From positions 26,908,001-26,972,000 of the forward strand of contig OZ116703.1 in NCBI GenBank assembly GCA_964199315.1: a DNA stretch of 64,000 nt. The letters are read 5' to 3'. This stretch comes from Orbicella franksi (Eukaryota). The first letter of the stretch is position 1; each line of letters starts with the position of its first letter. Below are positions 22,150 to 37,100 of the stretch, in pieces. The notes beneath the pieces are model-generated. The model searched no databases, was not told the origin of the DNA, and saw only the letters and a program-made list of their open reading frames with translations. The position numbers and the translations under genes were made by a program.

Positions 22150-24002
22150 TAGTAGACATAATCTTCCTGACTAACACCATTACTTTAACTTGTGGTTTTC
22201 CTTTTGTATAAGGCATGTTGAACTGAATACCACTGTCGTGATGGATTTTACACTCACTATTGCATGTCTCAAGCAACATTTTGTTCTTTTGAATGCACAA
22301 ATGTCACTGTTACCTTAAATGCCATTAGTACATGGGTTATGCTTATATACACTGTGTCTAGTAGCCATGTCAGTGTTGATTCTAGAGGATTGAAATTTTC
22401 GATCATGAAACGCAATCTCTAAGAATTCTGTATTATAGCACTGTATTTTAGTTTTACGGTCAAGTCTGTTGCAACAGAGAAAAACGAAAAATTCAATCTC
22501 AAAGCTAGTAAGTCATGTAGAAGTTATTCTACCAGTACCAGTGGGGCATTTATGGAGTTTATTCATTTAAATTAACCGAAGTTGTAATGTTGTTTTAAAA
22601 TAAAATGCTAAGTTTGACCTTGTGTTGTGGTTTGTATAATTTTGCACTCAGTGTACTGTGATGGGGAATGTTATGTTTGTTAGGAGTGTAATGTTTAGTG
22701 GATTGTTTTTTTGAAAATATATTTAAAATTGATTCAAGGTTGTCTGTCTTGTGCCACTATCTCCACCTGTCCCCATTTAAATCTTGTCTATCTAGGATAG
22801 TGCACTTCTCTTCCATGTGTTGTTGGGGGTTGAAGGCTTTCTAGGGGTTTGTCTCGGCCTTATCCATCTGAGATTGGTGGTTTTGCTTGTCCAAATTAGC
22901 ATTTGTAAAATTTCCACAATGTTTAGTTTCAATACTATTTTCTGGCAAAGTGCAAATCTTTTTGAGCAAAAAAGCACTAGAACAGACAAGCTGGAAGTCA
23001 GAAGTATGCAGGAATGAAATTAAGTACCCCTCTCTTTTTAGTGCTCATCAGTTCTGCTCTTTCGGTAGCATCTGGAACAAGCTCTGAAGTATCCAGCATA
23101 CACAAAGTAGCTTGCGTGCAGGTGTCTCTAAGACTACCACCTCTGTGTGAAACACAGTCAGTAGCAGATATCTACATGTAGGCTAAACACCACGTGACTT
23201 ACCTAGCCAATCTGAGCTTGTTTATGCATTTATTATGTGCAAATAACTATACTACGAGTAGCCCCTCTATCTCTTTGTGCGTCACGCATGACGTGAAAGA
23301 AAACTGTGGAAGAAAATGGCGGTGCAAAATTGTGGGGGCGAGAAGCTTGCAAAAGGGGGATTTCGTGCTGTCAAGTTTTCCCTGCTGTTTATTTACGGTC
23401 TTGTTTGATGGAATAAGCGCAAGAGGCACTACTCATTATCTAGGATTATAGCTGGTCCATGCATGCATTAGCAGCAGTAGGAAACATAGTTGCTGAACAA
23501 ATAGCACATGCATATCACTCACTGAAGACAGTAACCACAGTGTGAAAATGTTTTATTAAAAAAGCCTGTATGTTAAAGAACTGACCTATATTTTACAGAT
23601 CTTGTATATTCCTCTTGTATGCTTTAAATCAGTTAAAGAAGGATGAGATGTCAAGTCCAAAAAGTGAAACAACAATGTAAACATGGATGACAATATTTTT
23701 TGTCCCTGACATTTCTTGGCATAATTCTTAAACATCAGTATTAAATCTAACACACTTTTACCAATAATTTCCTCAGATAGGTTATTTGCAACTTTATTTA
23801 AGTTTTTTTTTTTTGATAGTTTCTGCACTTCATAAAAACTAGTAGCTCATCAAGACAATTCATGTTCTTACATTCCTTCAAACTTGTACAGTATTATATT
23901 TATTGGCCAAAGAAAACTCTGCAAACGTTAACTCTTTTTTTTCATCTAAGCGTTAAGCTGATTGATAAGTAAAGTAAATTATCGTAGTAAGGAACACTGT
24001 AG

Positions 24003-24190
24003 TTCCAGAAAATATCCATACCTCCCCCACAGAAGGGAATTTTTTTCTCAGACCCCCACCCTTGACCCAACCCCACGGGGAATTTCAATTAAGCTTCACA
24101 CATTTCTTCAAATTTTTTGGTCTTACAAAACCCTGCCTACTCCAAAAAATTCCAATCCCTTCCATGGGGGAGTATGGATATTTTCTGGAA
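24003..24190. mobile_element. MITE; related copies near 41123-41320 and 45580-45715
   Basis: TIRs TTCCAGAAAATATCCATAC / GTATGGATATTTTCTGGAA. Confidence 0.65.
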
Positions 24191-24424
24191 AAATTAATAT
24201 GCACATTTTAAAGCTGTGTTGTGCCAAGTCATCAGTTGAGAGTATTAATAGGAAACTCTGGTTTGCTATATATTTTGCTGAAAACATGAGATTGTCTGTT
24301 ACAGACTACAGTCATCCTTTCCAATGGATCACTTGTAAGTTGTTGGAAATATTTACTATTTAGCAACCATAATTATAAATTGTGTAATACTATTAATATT
24401 AAATTAATTAACTCTCACAACATG

Positions 24425-27400
24425 TCATGATGTTGCAACTTGTTTCAGCGGTTGTTCAAGGTATGATGCTAGAGCCTCTGCCTGTTGACAGAAAAAAGCA
24501 ACAGTTTAATCTGCCATGACACATAAACTTGTTCCTGTTTATTTGTTGCTTAATCTAGCTAAAACATACTTCAAACAAAACTACAATACGCAGCAACTGC
24601 CACTTGAAATGGAAGGGGAACAGGCATTGTTTCTGATTCTCAGTATTCAAGTAAGAAATAACAGTGAAAAATTCAATGACAACTATTTTAATGCCAGCAT
24701 TACAAAAAGAGGGTAAGTCAAGTGACAACTTTGGTGATGCAGGTTGCACAGAACAGTCCCTCTTTTACCTTTTCTGAGCAGGAAGCGATCTTCTTGCTTC
24801 TTGCCTTTGATATTTTTTTCAATTTGATTTTGGTTTTTACGCTTTCTTGATCAACTAAATAGACGAGAGGTTGACTACTTGTAGTCTAGAATATAATTAC
24901 TGTAGAGTCAATACCTTGGCCTTGAGCATTCCAAGTCCTACAGATTGTTGTGCATATAGACATAGGATTAGGTTTGCAACTCTCGTGATGGCAACTTTTC
25001 CATCCTGGAAAATTAAAAAAATCTATCTCTTTCATTGTTACATGGGGGATGTAAGTTGATTTACATGTAGCACACCTTCTTAAATAGTACATTATCCATA
25101 ATTCTTATTAAAAAAGTTTCAAGGGCTGGCATCGCCATTCAAATAAAAGTTATCAAGCTAGGTTTGTGCCTTGGTGGATTAATGTAACCATTCAAATCTA
25201 AGCTATTGAGCAGAACCTCTATGGAACAATCGCTGCTGACGTCATCGTAACTTAGTTTATACATTTTTTTCCTCATCAACAAATGACTTTGCGCAGAGAA
25301 GGCATCATGGTAAATACAAATGATTCCAAATATTTTCAAAAAGAGCTTAATATGGAACTTAGTAATTGGTGAAATTTTTTTGCCCCTTCCAGGGTGTAAT
25401 TACTAATATTCAAGGAGATATTGAATTAAAAAAACGCAAAATTTCTGGAATGCAGAAGTTCATAATTTTTTGCAAAGTTTTGATTTCTTCTTATCCTATA
25501 TTGAAGGAAAAAAATTATATACGTTGGGCTCAAATTCCTTGGGACTGTAAATCTTGCTATGCCCTTTTATTTGGACTCACATTTTTGTAGCTTGATCAGA
25601 GAATGAATCATTTATCCTAACGAGGCAAATACTGCAAACAAAGATTCCTTTACAGTGTCCAAACACTCATTCCAGTTTAGAACTACTCTGAACTCATATC
25701 GTACATACAGGATATTACACGGTGGCGAGAAGATATGAATTTTATGTTCGAGTGGCAAGAACAATATCTCACGAGTGAGCGAAGCAGAAGCAGAAGGCGG
25801 GAATCGTGACGTCATTGAATGATACGACACTCACAAAGGTGACATACGGAAAATACGCCACTCAGGTCCCGGATGAAGTGGCGTATGGAATCTACGAGTG
25901 GTTTAGTTCCGAGTAAAACACTCTTCTCCATATAATAATGTAAATTATCCTTTCACGTGTGACTGTTCAAATTAAAGCTACCAAAGAGCACTGTCCTGTG
26001 TACATGTACTGTTTAATATGCTGTACATTTGTACACTACGCTGTTTGCCAATGCTTTATCTTCTCCTCAGTGTTACACTTACCATGCAGTACCATGCAAA
26101 TGCCACAAATTCAGTTTCAAAAGCTATGGCAATTTAACAGATACAAACCTCACAGTCCATGAAGATCACTTTAAGTTCATCGTTGTGGAAAGCCATTTTG
26201 CCATTCTTTTCGTAAGCTGCCCATATACTAGAAGCAATAGCTGCTGTGACTTTGGCGTCTCTGTCTCCTGATCCAGCATATGATAACAATGACCCCTCTT
26301 GGTTGATAAGCCTGTGTGATGGATTTCAAGGCACAATGTCAGTAAGCTCCTCACCAAGGCAACCCTTTGTTCCCCTTGACCAGCAGTCGGGAAACAAGTG
26401 ACACAGGAAAGTTCTGATTGGAAGTTCGCAATTATCAGGCTTCCAGTTTAAAGACCTGCCTCAATCAAGTTACTGAAGTGATGCTTTACTGGCACTCATT
26501 TCCTTTGTTTTCAAACCAATCAAAATTGAGCCTGTAACAATACTTTAAAGAGTCACTTGTTTTGGTCAGTGTAAAACGAGGACTGTGGACTGCAGACTGA
26601 GGGTAAAAATTATGCAAACTGCAGACTTTTTAAGTATAACTGTATTGCGTTATTTCCTAGCTCACACTGTAAGAAACAAAGACTTGAGGAATAAGATTGT
26701 GGTTCAACAAGCTACAAATCAGCATGAGTCCTCAGAAGCTATAGGCAGTGATTTCAACACCAAATTTGTTGGAACATTTCACCCCTTTGACAGAAAATGG
26801 TCCTTGTCATTCCCGCCCCACTCACCCACCCCTTTCTATCATGTGTTCTACACAGCCAATGACATCACTGCTTTGTTTTAAGGGCAAAGGTGAGGGGATA
26901 GTTAAGAAAACTAAATTATATAAGCTTACTGCATGCCCAAAAAGAATTGACAATTGAGTGTTACTTTGTTAATTGTCCCAAAAGCTTTTGGTGAATATTA
27001 TTGTAGTTCATTCAGTCATGACATGGTGGACAAGCCAGTTTCGACAGCCTGTGTGATCAAATTTTGACCTTTACCCAGTTACTACCTCCCAGATGACAAG
27101 CAAATAGGTATGAATGGTACCACGAACTTTAAGTCAATCTGAATATCTCCATAAATTCAATATGTAAGCGATTTAAGCTCAAGCTTATGTTGGACGTGTT
27201 CAAAGTTTAAAACAACAAATTAAGCTTATCGAAAGTGGTATCTGATCTTTGAAAACTTTAACTATCGCTCCGTAGATACACAGTCGGCAGTTTTTCCCAA
27301 CATCCAAAAAGACATCCCTCTTACAAACGAGCATTATTAATAGCTATTTTTGATCTCTTTCAAGCTTCTTCTGCTTGAAAAGTTTACAACATACTCACAA

Positions 27401-27466
27401 CGAACTCATCACTCCTCCACTAATGGCCTGCCCAAGTATTTCAGTGAGAACTTTCGGTTTAAGCAT
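24425..27466 (-). CDS. LAMTOR2: Ragulator complex protein LAMTOR2, 125 aa
   Basis: Exons 27466-27399, 26311-26149, 25004-24915, 24481-24425: [105 protein letters not shown]. Confidence 0.97.
25710..25937. repeat. Interspersed repeat fragment in LAMTOR2 intron
   Basis: CpG-rich block starting ATATTACACGGTGGCGAGAAGATATGAATTTTATG, which I recall as a common coral repeat; not verified. Confidence 0.4.
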
Positions 27467-29820
27467 CTTTACTTGTGGAAATTCTGGTAATTCTACCTCA
27501 CGTTTATCGCCAAACGGAAAAGCATGTGACATTTACTCAACTAAAACTTAACTTGGAACCACTACTGAGAGATGGAAATCCTTCCGACATCACGTGCCTT
27601 TCGGGAGGAGAACATGCGATTGTGTAAGCGGCACAATGTGTCACGCGGTGGTACGGCGATGAATTATATGCCTAAATTTCCTACTACCTGATTTTCCGGA
27701 AATTCATAACTTGGTGCTGATTTTCAACTGAAATATCCAGGCTTTTTTCAACGGTGAAACAGAGGACTCACATGGAGTCAAAAATCCTTCACACTGACGT
27801 CCCAACAATAAGTAGAGTTCGGACAGCTCACAGTCCAGCGTCCTTTCGCACCAAAATTGAGGCTATGGAAAAGGCACCACCCCGGGCCCATAAAACGCAA
27901 CACTGAATGTTCCCCCGGGATTACGAGGCCTCCTCCGAAATGGGGTACCCTTTTATTTGCCCCCACACTGAAGAGATTTCATGGCTGAAAGGGCAGGGAA
28001 CGCAAAACATTAAGTGATCGTGCCTTATATTGAAGGCAACACCGAGCCCAGCAAACAGTGACCGATCTACATTGCCTTTCGCCTAAAGTAGTCTGGAAAG
28101 GCGATGGCCCGGATTTAATACATATCTGATTGAAAAAAAGTAGAGGGCGTTGGCCCCTCGGGCCTCACTGTTTTGCTGAAAAGGACCCGGGTACCTTCCC
28201 TTAAATCCGTCATAAGCGCACTAGATATCTGAACGACAAAACATTTGTTGTCTGTAATTTATTTCATGTTATTTTAAAGCTAAAACGTAGCAATTTTAAC
28301 GGCTATACACTATTTTCTTGTATATCATTAGGAACAACGTAAACGATTCTCGCTTCCTTGCAATTGCAATGTATAACAAGTTCCTTTCTTAACGCAAAAA
28401 CTCGTCTAGTAAATCTTTCTTATTTTGAAAGTTGATTTTTATTCCAAATTATGTTATTGTAAACCTACTATTTCATTTTGCCAGGATATTCTGTTGATTT
28501 AGTTAATTATTATAATTCGTTGATAGTACATAATTCAGTTCAAAAATATAAAATATATATCTCATATCAAACACAAACTAAACTATCCTGTTCAAGACTC
28601 TTCGTTGAATTTACGACTGAAAATTCCTAAAAAAGAAATGAGATATGATACTTTTTAATCTTCAAATAACACATGCCATTTTTCTTTTCTCAGAAGAGAA
28701 TTAAAAAGGAAAAGAGCGCCTGCTTGCATAGCTGTCTAGGTAAAGTAAAAGAGATAACTAAGTGCTTTCCTACTGCAGACAAGAATGAAAACAATCTCAT
28801 TCTGGCCAATCAGAGCAATAGTTAATCATCGAGTGAACCAATCAAAAATCAAAACCAAGGCATGTAAGCAGCACCAAGCGCAGGAAAACGCGCGTTAACA
28901 AAACCACGGATCTTCGCTTCTGATTGGCTGAAAAAGAAAACAGTACATATGCTCTGATTGGTCAGCAAAACAAAGCAAATATAAAATTACTTTTAATCAA
29001 CTTTCCGCATTCGTCATAAGGCAACTGACATCTGTTTATAACTGAATTCTAAATATAACCTGGAATTTATTAAGACTATTAACTTTGCGACAGCAATGTG
29101 CCATTTTAAAATGTAGTTGTTAGCACTAAAAAGAATAAAATTGGAGGATGATTTTTTAAAATTATTAAGACCAAGCAAGTGTAATGCATGTCCCTTAAAC
29201 GGATGTCAACATACAAATTTCTCTTACTTGCCTTATATCTCTGACGATACAGTTGACTGAGAAGAAAATGATTCAAATATAAAATACAGCTTGCCCCCTC
29301 CTGATCTGTTTTCTTATTCTCATCAACGGCATTCAGTAAGAGGAAATTGCATGTGAATCACGATTTATTACTAATAAGAAATGGGTAAAAAATATGAACT
29401 GCCGGGCTAAGGGATACTTTTCCTATCAACAAGAACCAAAAATGTAGCACTATTGACAAAGGTCTTTAAAGGACTATTCACGGCTCTCCGCTTCGGAAAC
29501 TTCCAGTAGCCTGGCTCAGTGGCTCACCAGAGCGCTTGTTTTGACGCTAGAAAGCCAGTTTAACTCTCTGAAACATCTGGGGTGAAACTGCATTCACACT
29601 TTTGATATAATCTCCCTCTCGTGGCTCATAGTCTTGACACAGGCATTGACAACGCAACACAACGCGATCAGAGACATTCATAGGCTAGAAATATAAGTCA
29701 TATATAAACCTCAAACAGCCAAACATCGTCCTGGATGCTTTCTCTCAGAGCTAATGGATGCTCTTTGGTTTGTTTAGTCATCTGCATCGCTGTAAAATAA
29801 CATTTCCGAAAAAGAGACGA

Positions 29821-31135
29821 TTATTTGTTTTCTTTTTTAACAGGTTTCGCTGGAGGAGGCGGAGGCGCGTTCACAGGTCTCGGCGGTCCAACAGACGTCG
29901 CGGTAGCCTTGGGACCGGGTAGTGGTGGAGCAGTGGAAGCATGTCCAGGGCTGGAGGAGCCCATGAATTTCACCAAGGCTGCAGGAGCGTTCTTTTTCTT
30001 TGCTGGAGGAGTGTTGGCTGTTAACGCAGGGGTTTGCTCCACATTAATTATTGCTGGTTTAGTTGCATCTGATTCCTCGGAACTAAAATTCCAGACAGGA
30101 CAAACTTAATTAATGAAGGTTTACCACCTTTAAACAAAAGTGCTATCTTTTTACTGGTCACGCGCTTATGCGCCTGCCCCTTAGGCAGTTTGCCCATGTC
30201 GGTCAGTCGGTCGGGTCGGTCAGTCATACTGCCCGTCCATCTTGTCTGTCTATCTGTCTGACAGTCAAATAAATGTCTGTCTGTCTGTCTGTCTGCCTGA
30301 CAGTCAAATGAATGTCTGCCTGTCTGTCTGACAGTCAAATAAATGCCTTAAATTTAACTCTGCAGTTTTCATGATTTAGTTACTTACTTGTCTGCAGGCT
30401 GGGGGCAGCCGTCGGTACCCTTCAAATTGATGAGACTGACTACTTCCTCTAAGAAGTCCCCAGTAACACTCTTGTACTCCCCAGAAGCCTTTTTAACTTG
30501 AGAACTCTTGTCAGTCATGGTCTGATTCACACCATTCGTCCCTGAAGCTGTTTTACGTGTGAAGTCAATTTCTACCAAAAAAAAAAAAAAACACCAACAT
30601 ATGAAGAATAAGATTAAATCACTTTACCTTATTTCTTTGACTCAACGTACCTACTTCAAATAAGCCTTGTCTTAATACAAACTGCTCTTGCTACTAAACA
30701 GGACAGACGCTTCTCTTTCCGCGCTGCATTTTTTCCGTGTAAGCTCCAGAGAAATTAACGACCATTCATTTAGCCTGCGATCAGGTGTCATTTTTTTTTT
30801 GGAGGGGGAGAAGGAAAAACAAAGAACGTCCTCCTTCCCCGGGATGATATGTAGGGAGGGAGGGTAATTTGTATGATCGCAGGTCACAAAGACGTCGGAG
30901 ATTGGACCCGGAAAATTCCATACTGATGACGTAGCTCTACGGAAATTTCTGATTGGTTGTCAATTGCGCGGGAAAATTCAAAACCGAGAAACAGTCAATC
31001 AGAGACCGCCTTGAACGGATCTGTACAGAGTTACGGCATTAGTATGGAATGTTTCGGGTCCAATCTCGGACGCCTTTCGAACGGGAAAGAAAGGAGTGTA
31101 ATGAAAATTTGACCGAATAAAGGAAGTAAAGCTCG

Positions 31136-31170
<35 letters not shown>

Positions 31171-34100
31171 GAGTGTGCGAGAAGAAGTGTGTTTACCCAA
31201 CCTATTTTTTGTGGGAAAGTTACACGCAGATGTTAATACAACTAAACGGAAACCTGAATTGACGCAACACAGCCTGCTGTAAAGATCTTTCTTGGCAAAC
31301 GATCGCTCAGTGTGCTCGCGAGTGTTGGGTTTAGCTTCAGTCTAGAAGCTAAATGGGCTAAATGGTGACTGGCCCGTTCCTTTTTTCTCTACATGCAAGT
31401 AAATGTCGCGATGTCTCAGCAAGTGGCTACACTGTAACCCAATATGAACACCACCTACCTCCAGGAAAGAACCACTGGTAATGCTGAATCAATGCCTCGA
31501 CAATGGACGATTGGACACCGGTGTGTTGGACATTTACCCCACTGAAAAGAAAGACAGAGTAGAACTCTTACTCTGAGTTAGTCTGGGTTTGCATCAGTTT
31601 CAGACTCATTATCGATCACACAACCCTGTGGCTGACACAGTACAAGAACTTACCCTTCATCCTCTGGCGACCAAATGATGTTGGGCGCTATAACAATAGC
31701 AATATTGCTTGCACTCATTTTATTTACTTCACTATTTTCAGAGAGCTTCCCTAGAAAAGTTATGAGATATCTGAAAAAAAAACAACAACAAAAAAAAAAA
31801 AAACAGGACAGAGAAACCCAAATTAGATGGCTATTGACAATCTTGTTGTCACACTTTCAGAAAAGTGCACCTTGTACAATCTTCCGTAGGAAAAAGGATG
31901 GCGACTGGTACATTTACCCATAGTTCTCAGCGAACGAAAACCTTAACAACGTTCATAAAAATGTACAGAAAAGTTATAAAATCTTCAAACCTAGGCTACA
32001 CAATGTCCTTAGTACAGGGACAAATACTGTAAAAATTTGGCTTTCTTTGTGCCTCATAGGCTGTGTTAGGTTCGCAAGGTATTGTGGTAAAATGTACAGC
32101 CGCCATCTTTTTTCCTACGGTGGATTGCTATGTCACTCAAGACAGTCTCACTTTTTGCTGGAAACATCGATGCGTGGTGCGTGAATTAGAGGGAGGCACG
32201 AAACTTATTCCTGTAGGTCGACTAAGGAAAAACTAAAACTAAAACAACAACAACAACAAAAAAGACATAAAGGGTAAGGGCCAAGCAGCTTGTGAGCCCA
32301 AACGAAAAAGCTGGATCTACTAGCCCCAAATCTAAAGTGATGGCGGTAAGCTTAAGAACACGCCTGACAGTGGGTCATGTTTGTAAATAACGCATCTTGA
32401 CACTTGGACAAGATCTGATGATACTCAATTCTAACCTGAGATTGGCTTTGTACAATGGAGGCATCTTTTCTACAATAGTCCAATAGGCTTGTAACTTTGT
32501 TCCATTATCTTGTATACTGTAAATCAGAGATGTTAATTATTGAAACTTCAGCAACACATGAACTGCAATTAAGCTAACAACTTCTATATAAAGTATTACA
32601 GTCATTGGGCATACATCTAACATTTACAGTCATGTACATGAACCAATAACATCATAGGCTCGCAATGCGTGCAGAAGGTTAGGCCTACTATTGTGTTCCC
32701 ACAGTGCATGCATAGATCTTGATGAGCACCATGGGTGTGGAGAGCGAAACATTAGCAATATTGCAATTAAACTATAGATTCTTACGCTGAAGCCTGTATC
32801 CATTCATTGTAGAGTTTAGAAGTCATAAGAGGTTCTGGAAGCTCTCTAAGATACTGCTTTAGTGCTCCTGTGAAGAAAAATTGCACAATAAAGACAGCTC
32901 CAAGTCCAATAAAGCAAAGCCATAAATTAAAACTTTGTTGTTTTTATCGTGGCAAAAATAGTTTGGAGACATTAATTCACACAGAGCAAAACATTTCATT
33001 CACTATCAATTTGGTAGAACTCAGATCCCCGAACATCTGTCCTGAAACTGGTACCACCTATAAGATCAGAGTTAGATTAAAAAAAAAAAAAAAAAAAACA
33101 CATTTTAATCAAACAAATTGGACTGCAATCTATAAATCCCTACCATGGGCAACACACCTGTCACAACATGAACATCATTGTCAAACTCTGATAAGTCAAC
33201 TAAGCCAGCATCAAATTCAGCCTGCAATTAAACAACAGACATAAACATACTGCTTCAGCAACACAAAAACTTTGTTAAGCATTAAATTTTGTAAGCAAGT
33301 TAATCAAAGAGAAAGTGTGGTTTACTTCTATAGCTTACCGTAAGTTTTCTAATCTTGATAGCACTACCAGCCAGTCGAAATAAACCCTAATAGAAAATAA
33401 AAACACAAAAAAGTTTTCTTGTTTTCTTTTTTCATGCAGTTCCTTTTTCTGACACAAAAACGAAACATTGGAGATTCTGAACACAAGCTAGCAGTAATCT
33501 GGTACCAGGGTGACTTGACACCGAGTTTTGACTTAAACCTTAAACTCTGTTAGTTCTTATGGTACTATATGGCAGAGTGGGGTCCTCTGTCCCCTCACCT
33601 GACCAAGTGGATTATCTGCTTCTGCAGTACTATTCATCAGAATTTACTGGGTTGAAAAATTAAGAATGGTGTGACAAGAGACAATCCTGCATTTTCCTAA
33701 GCAGTCTAAGTTGTTTAAATGATCTAAATGTTATTACATGTTAGAGCAAACTGACTTGAAAAGAAATCAGACTTACTTGAATGTCCATGGCTTCTCTGTA
33801 CAGAAACGTAGCACATTCTTCAATCACAAACGCAATGTCTCTTTCCTGAATTCTTAGGTGGTCCTCCAGTGGGCAGCCATAAACAGGTTGAAGCTCTGAT
33901 TCATCTAACGAAATAATATAAAGATCATTATCAGTAATAATATCATACACATGCATTCTGTGTAAAGAGCTATTATCCAGGGGCCTTTGCATGCAATGCA
34001 AGTCTATGAGGGTAGCCAAAATTTCTGCTGCCTGGGTTTACTTTAAGATTTGTGGAATCTATTTTGATAAAGACAACAATAATGTTAACTAGCAGACGTG

Positions 34101-37100
34101 TTATTAGGCCAACACTACAGAAAGCTTGCTACACATTCGAAATTGACAGTCATGATTTCAAGATGTCCTTGACTAGCTCCTCTGGTGTTGTCCTTTTGTC
34201 TTTTCAGAGTTCCTGGTTATCTTCATTACAATATTATTACTGACAAGCCACTTGTCAGTTAATAATGTCAGCCCTACTATGACACCCACATGGTGCTGAC
34301 AATGCAAACTTAGAAAAGGAAATGACTGTAACTAGAAAACAGGATCCAGTCTGAAGTCAATTTTCATATCAATGGTAATGATCTGTTACCAGATTACTAC
34401 CCAGAACACGCCTTACTTAACAGTTGTAAACACAATAATGACAACAATTTGAGGATAAAAAAGCCTCAGCTTACCCAAAAGTTGCTTAAGGGTGGGCAAG
34501 ATGTTGTCAAGAACAGTCACTGCTTTCTTGTGATATTCCAACTGAGCTTCAATAAACTGAAAAAGAGATAACTTAGAATCAGCCTGCAAATACTATTACT
34601 GTTTTGGCTTTATAACCTCCAGTGCACACAGGAGAAAAGTTTGGAACAGTCACCTTGATAATCCAGTTGGAGTATTCTCCTTCTCTTGCAACAAACTTCA
34701 AAAGCTCCGTAGTCAGAGTATCCTGAAGGAACAAAAAGCCTCAGTCTTAAAATACGTCAATGCCCAATTTTTACACAATTTGACCTTTACATGTAGCTAA
34801 AGATTCAGTCACAGTGGGGGTCTTCAGAGCATAGTCATTACAATTTTGCAAAGTGCAACCCTTGATATAGCCTGCAACTGGGTGAACGAAGATCTCACTT
34901 TGCATGCTTCATTATTTCCCCATGTGCAAGACATGTGAGATTTGACTTGAAAAATTCCACTCTGATGATGTCCCTGCTCTGTAGGGTGTGTGTTTAATTT
35001 TGAAACCAAACAACCACCCATCATGGACACCTCATGGATCTCTGTACAGATGCGAGCAATGGAAATTTGGAAACAGTGTGGCCTAATGGTTAGGGCATTG
35101 GATTTAAAATCAGAAGACTCCCCAGCCTTAAGTCCTCCTCTCTGCCACAGGATGAATATGTGTGGGGTGGTCCCAGATTTAACTACTCCATGTCTTGTAA
35201 AATGGCCAACTGCTCATCATCCTACCAGCTGACTGGGATTTACAATATTTGTTTACTTAGCATATTTCAGTGTCCCAAAATTAGCACAGCATTGCTAAGC
35301 TGACTTATTTTTTTACTTATTTTATTTAAATCTCAGATGTCATTGTTTCAAGTGCATGGGAAAGAATTGAGTCCATCAGGTGTGTGTAGAACTCAGTGCT
35401 CACTTGACATGCTTCAAATTTAGCAGTTTCTTCCTCGTATTCCTCTTTGAGGGTATCTGCCTTTGCTGCAGCAACATGAAAGTCTTTATTTGCTCCATGA
35501 GAGACCTTGACAGCTGCAAGCCATCTAAAAATACACATACCTGTTAGACATTTTTAATGGTAACACACAAGAATTTCTTTAACAAAAGGAGACCCATAAG
35601 TTTTAATCAGTACCATATGAATGTATTACTCAGTAGCAAATATGTACATAACCAACACTTTAAGGCACATGTGACATTCCTAAACTACCTACACGTACAT
35701 GTATATTATTTAAATGAGTTGATAAAGCAGAACTGTACATGCGACCATTGGAAATATGATAGCTAGAGTAAGTAAATGCTTTACATGTATGTCTAGATGT
35801 AACAAGAGTAAATTGCAAATTCAAGGAAATTGACATCACAATGTATTCCCTAATTATACAATATTATACAATATTTAGTTCAAAGAGAGCCGAGCCCAGT
35901 TACGCAGTTATTTTATTTGAGGAAATACCATTTTTATGGATTGAGTTGTTTTTTAAGAAAAGGAAGAGGCTTGACAAAATATTGCAAATTTAATTGTACC
36001 TTGATTTAACAGTATCCATGTCAAGTCTGGTCTTTGTCAGTTTCTTCTTTGTTTGGGTGATATTTGGGACATCATTCTGTAAAACAACCAAATACACAGA
36101 CTGAATAAGAATTGACCAGGAAGAAAACGGGTGTAAATTATCCAGGGGAGAGATAAACTAGACTATTAAGTTCAATAACATTACAAAATATATAAAGGTC
36201 CATGGTGTCTGTGTAAAATGTACATCTACTAGATCTAAACATACATGTAACCTTTGAAGAGAGCCACGAAGAAAGTTACTGAATGTAAAACAAGGCAAAT
36301 GACACAAACTATTTACAAGTTATAGGTAATTGAGATAGTTGCACAATAGTATAGTATCACCTCAAGAAGAGATGTCATTGGTGCCAAAACATCATTTTCT
36401 ACTTGCATTTCGTATTCTGCCAGTTCTCTGGCCAATGATGACTGGACATCCCCTGCTTTTTGCATCACTTCCCTAGAAGAAGAAAACATAGCACTTAGAT
36501 ACTGAACATGTTACTGTGCTCAAATTATGAGAAGATATGCGCGTGATCATTAAAACCAATTACAGACCATATGTATCACCTATGCTGTCAGTAGTCTGTG
36601 TTTAGATACCTATAGGTTTCTCCTTTATTCAAATTTATTTTGACAATTTGATGCAAAAATGCGAGGACAAAACTCCAAACCTTTTCAAGACCAAATATTT
36701 ACATGTAGCTGTAAATATTATTTTTTCCTAAACCATTTCCAGCCTTTGAATCCTCTGCCAAGATCCAGCTTCTAAAGCTGTTACCAAACATAGTTACTTG
36801 CAAACAAAACAATTGGTTTACTGAATAGTGCCAATTGGCAAATACCAGTTACATCTTAAAGGAGAAGGTCACTTCAAAAAGCTTACTTTTTTTCCTTCGC
36901 CTATAGAAAGTCAACACTCAGCTTTGTCACTCACCAAAGATTCAGCCTCTGAAATACCTGCTATCCTGATGAAATTTGTCTCAAAAGAAGCATCCCAGAG
37001 GCTGCCATTTTGAACTGTACTTGGCAGCCAAGCCGTGTTATGTGATTTCATTCCGTCTGACTCGAAATTGGCGGCAATGAGAAAACCCTTACAACTGACT

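Noticed and set aside
24763-24847. Exon-like lysine-rich segment in LAMTOR2 intron 3
   Set aside because: Would introduce a stop in the LAMTOR2 frame, and the 4-exon model already gives the full 125-aa protein
27770-28210. GC-richer island with paired GATC motifs and hairpins, considered as 7SK, RNase P/MRP or U3
   Set aside because: Internal T4 runs on the minus strand argue against a Pol III transcript, and the conserved boxes of these RNAs are absent. Left unexplained.
29825-30109. Gly-rich plus-strand ORF
   Set aside because: Antisense of the Pro-rich ARHGAP terminal exon
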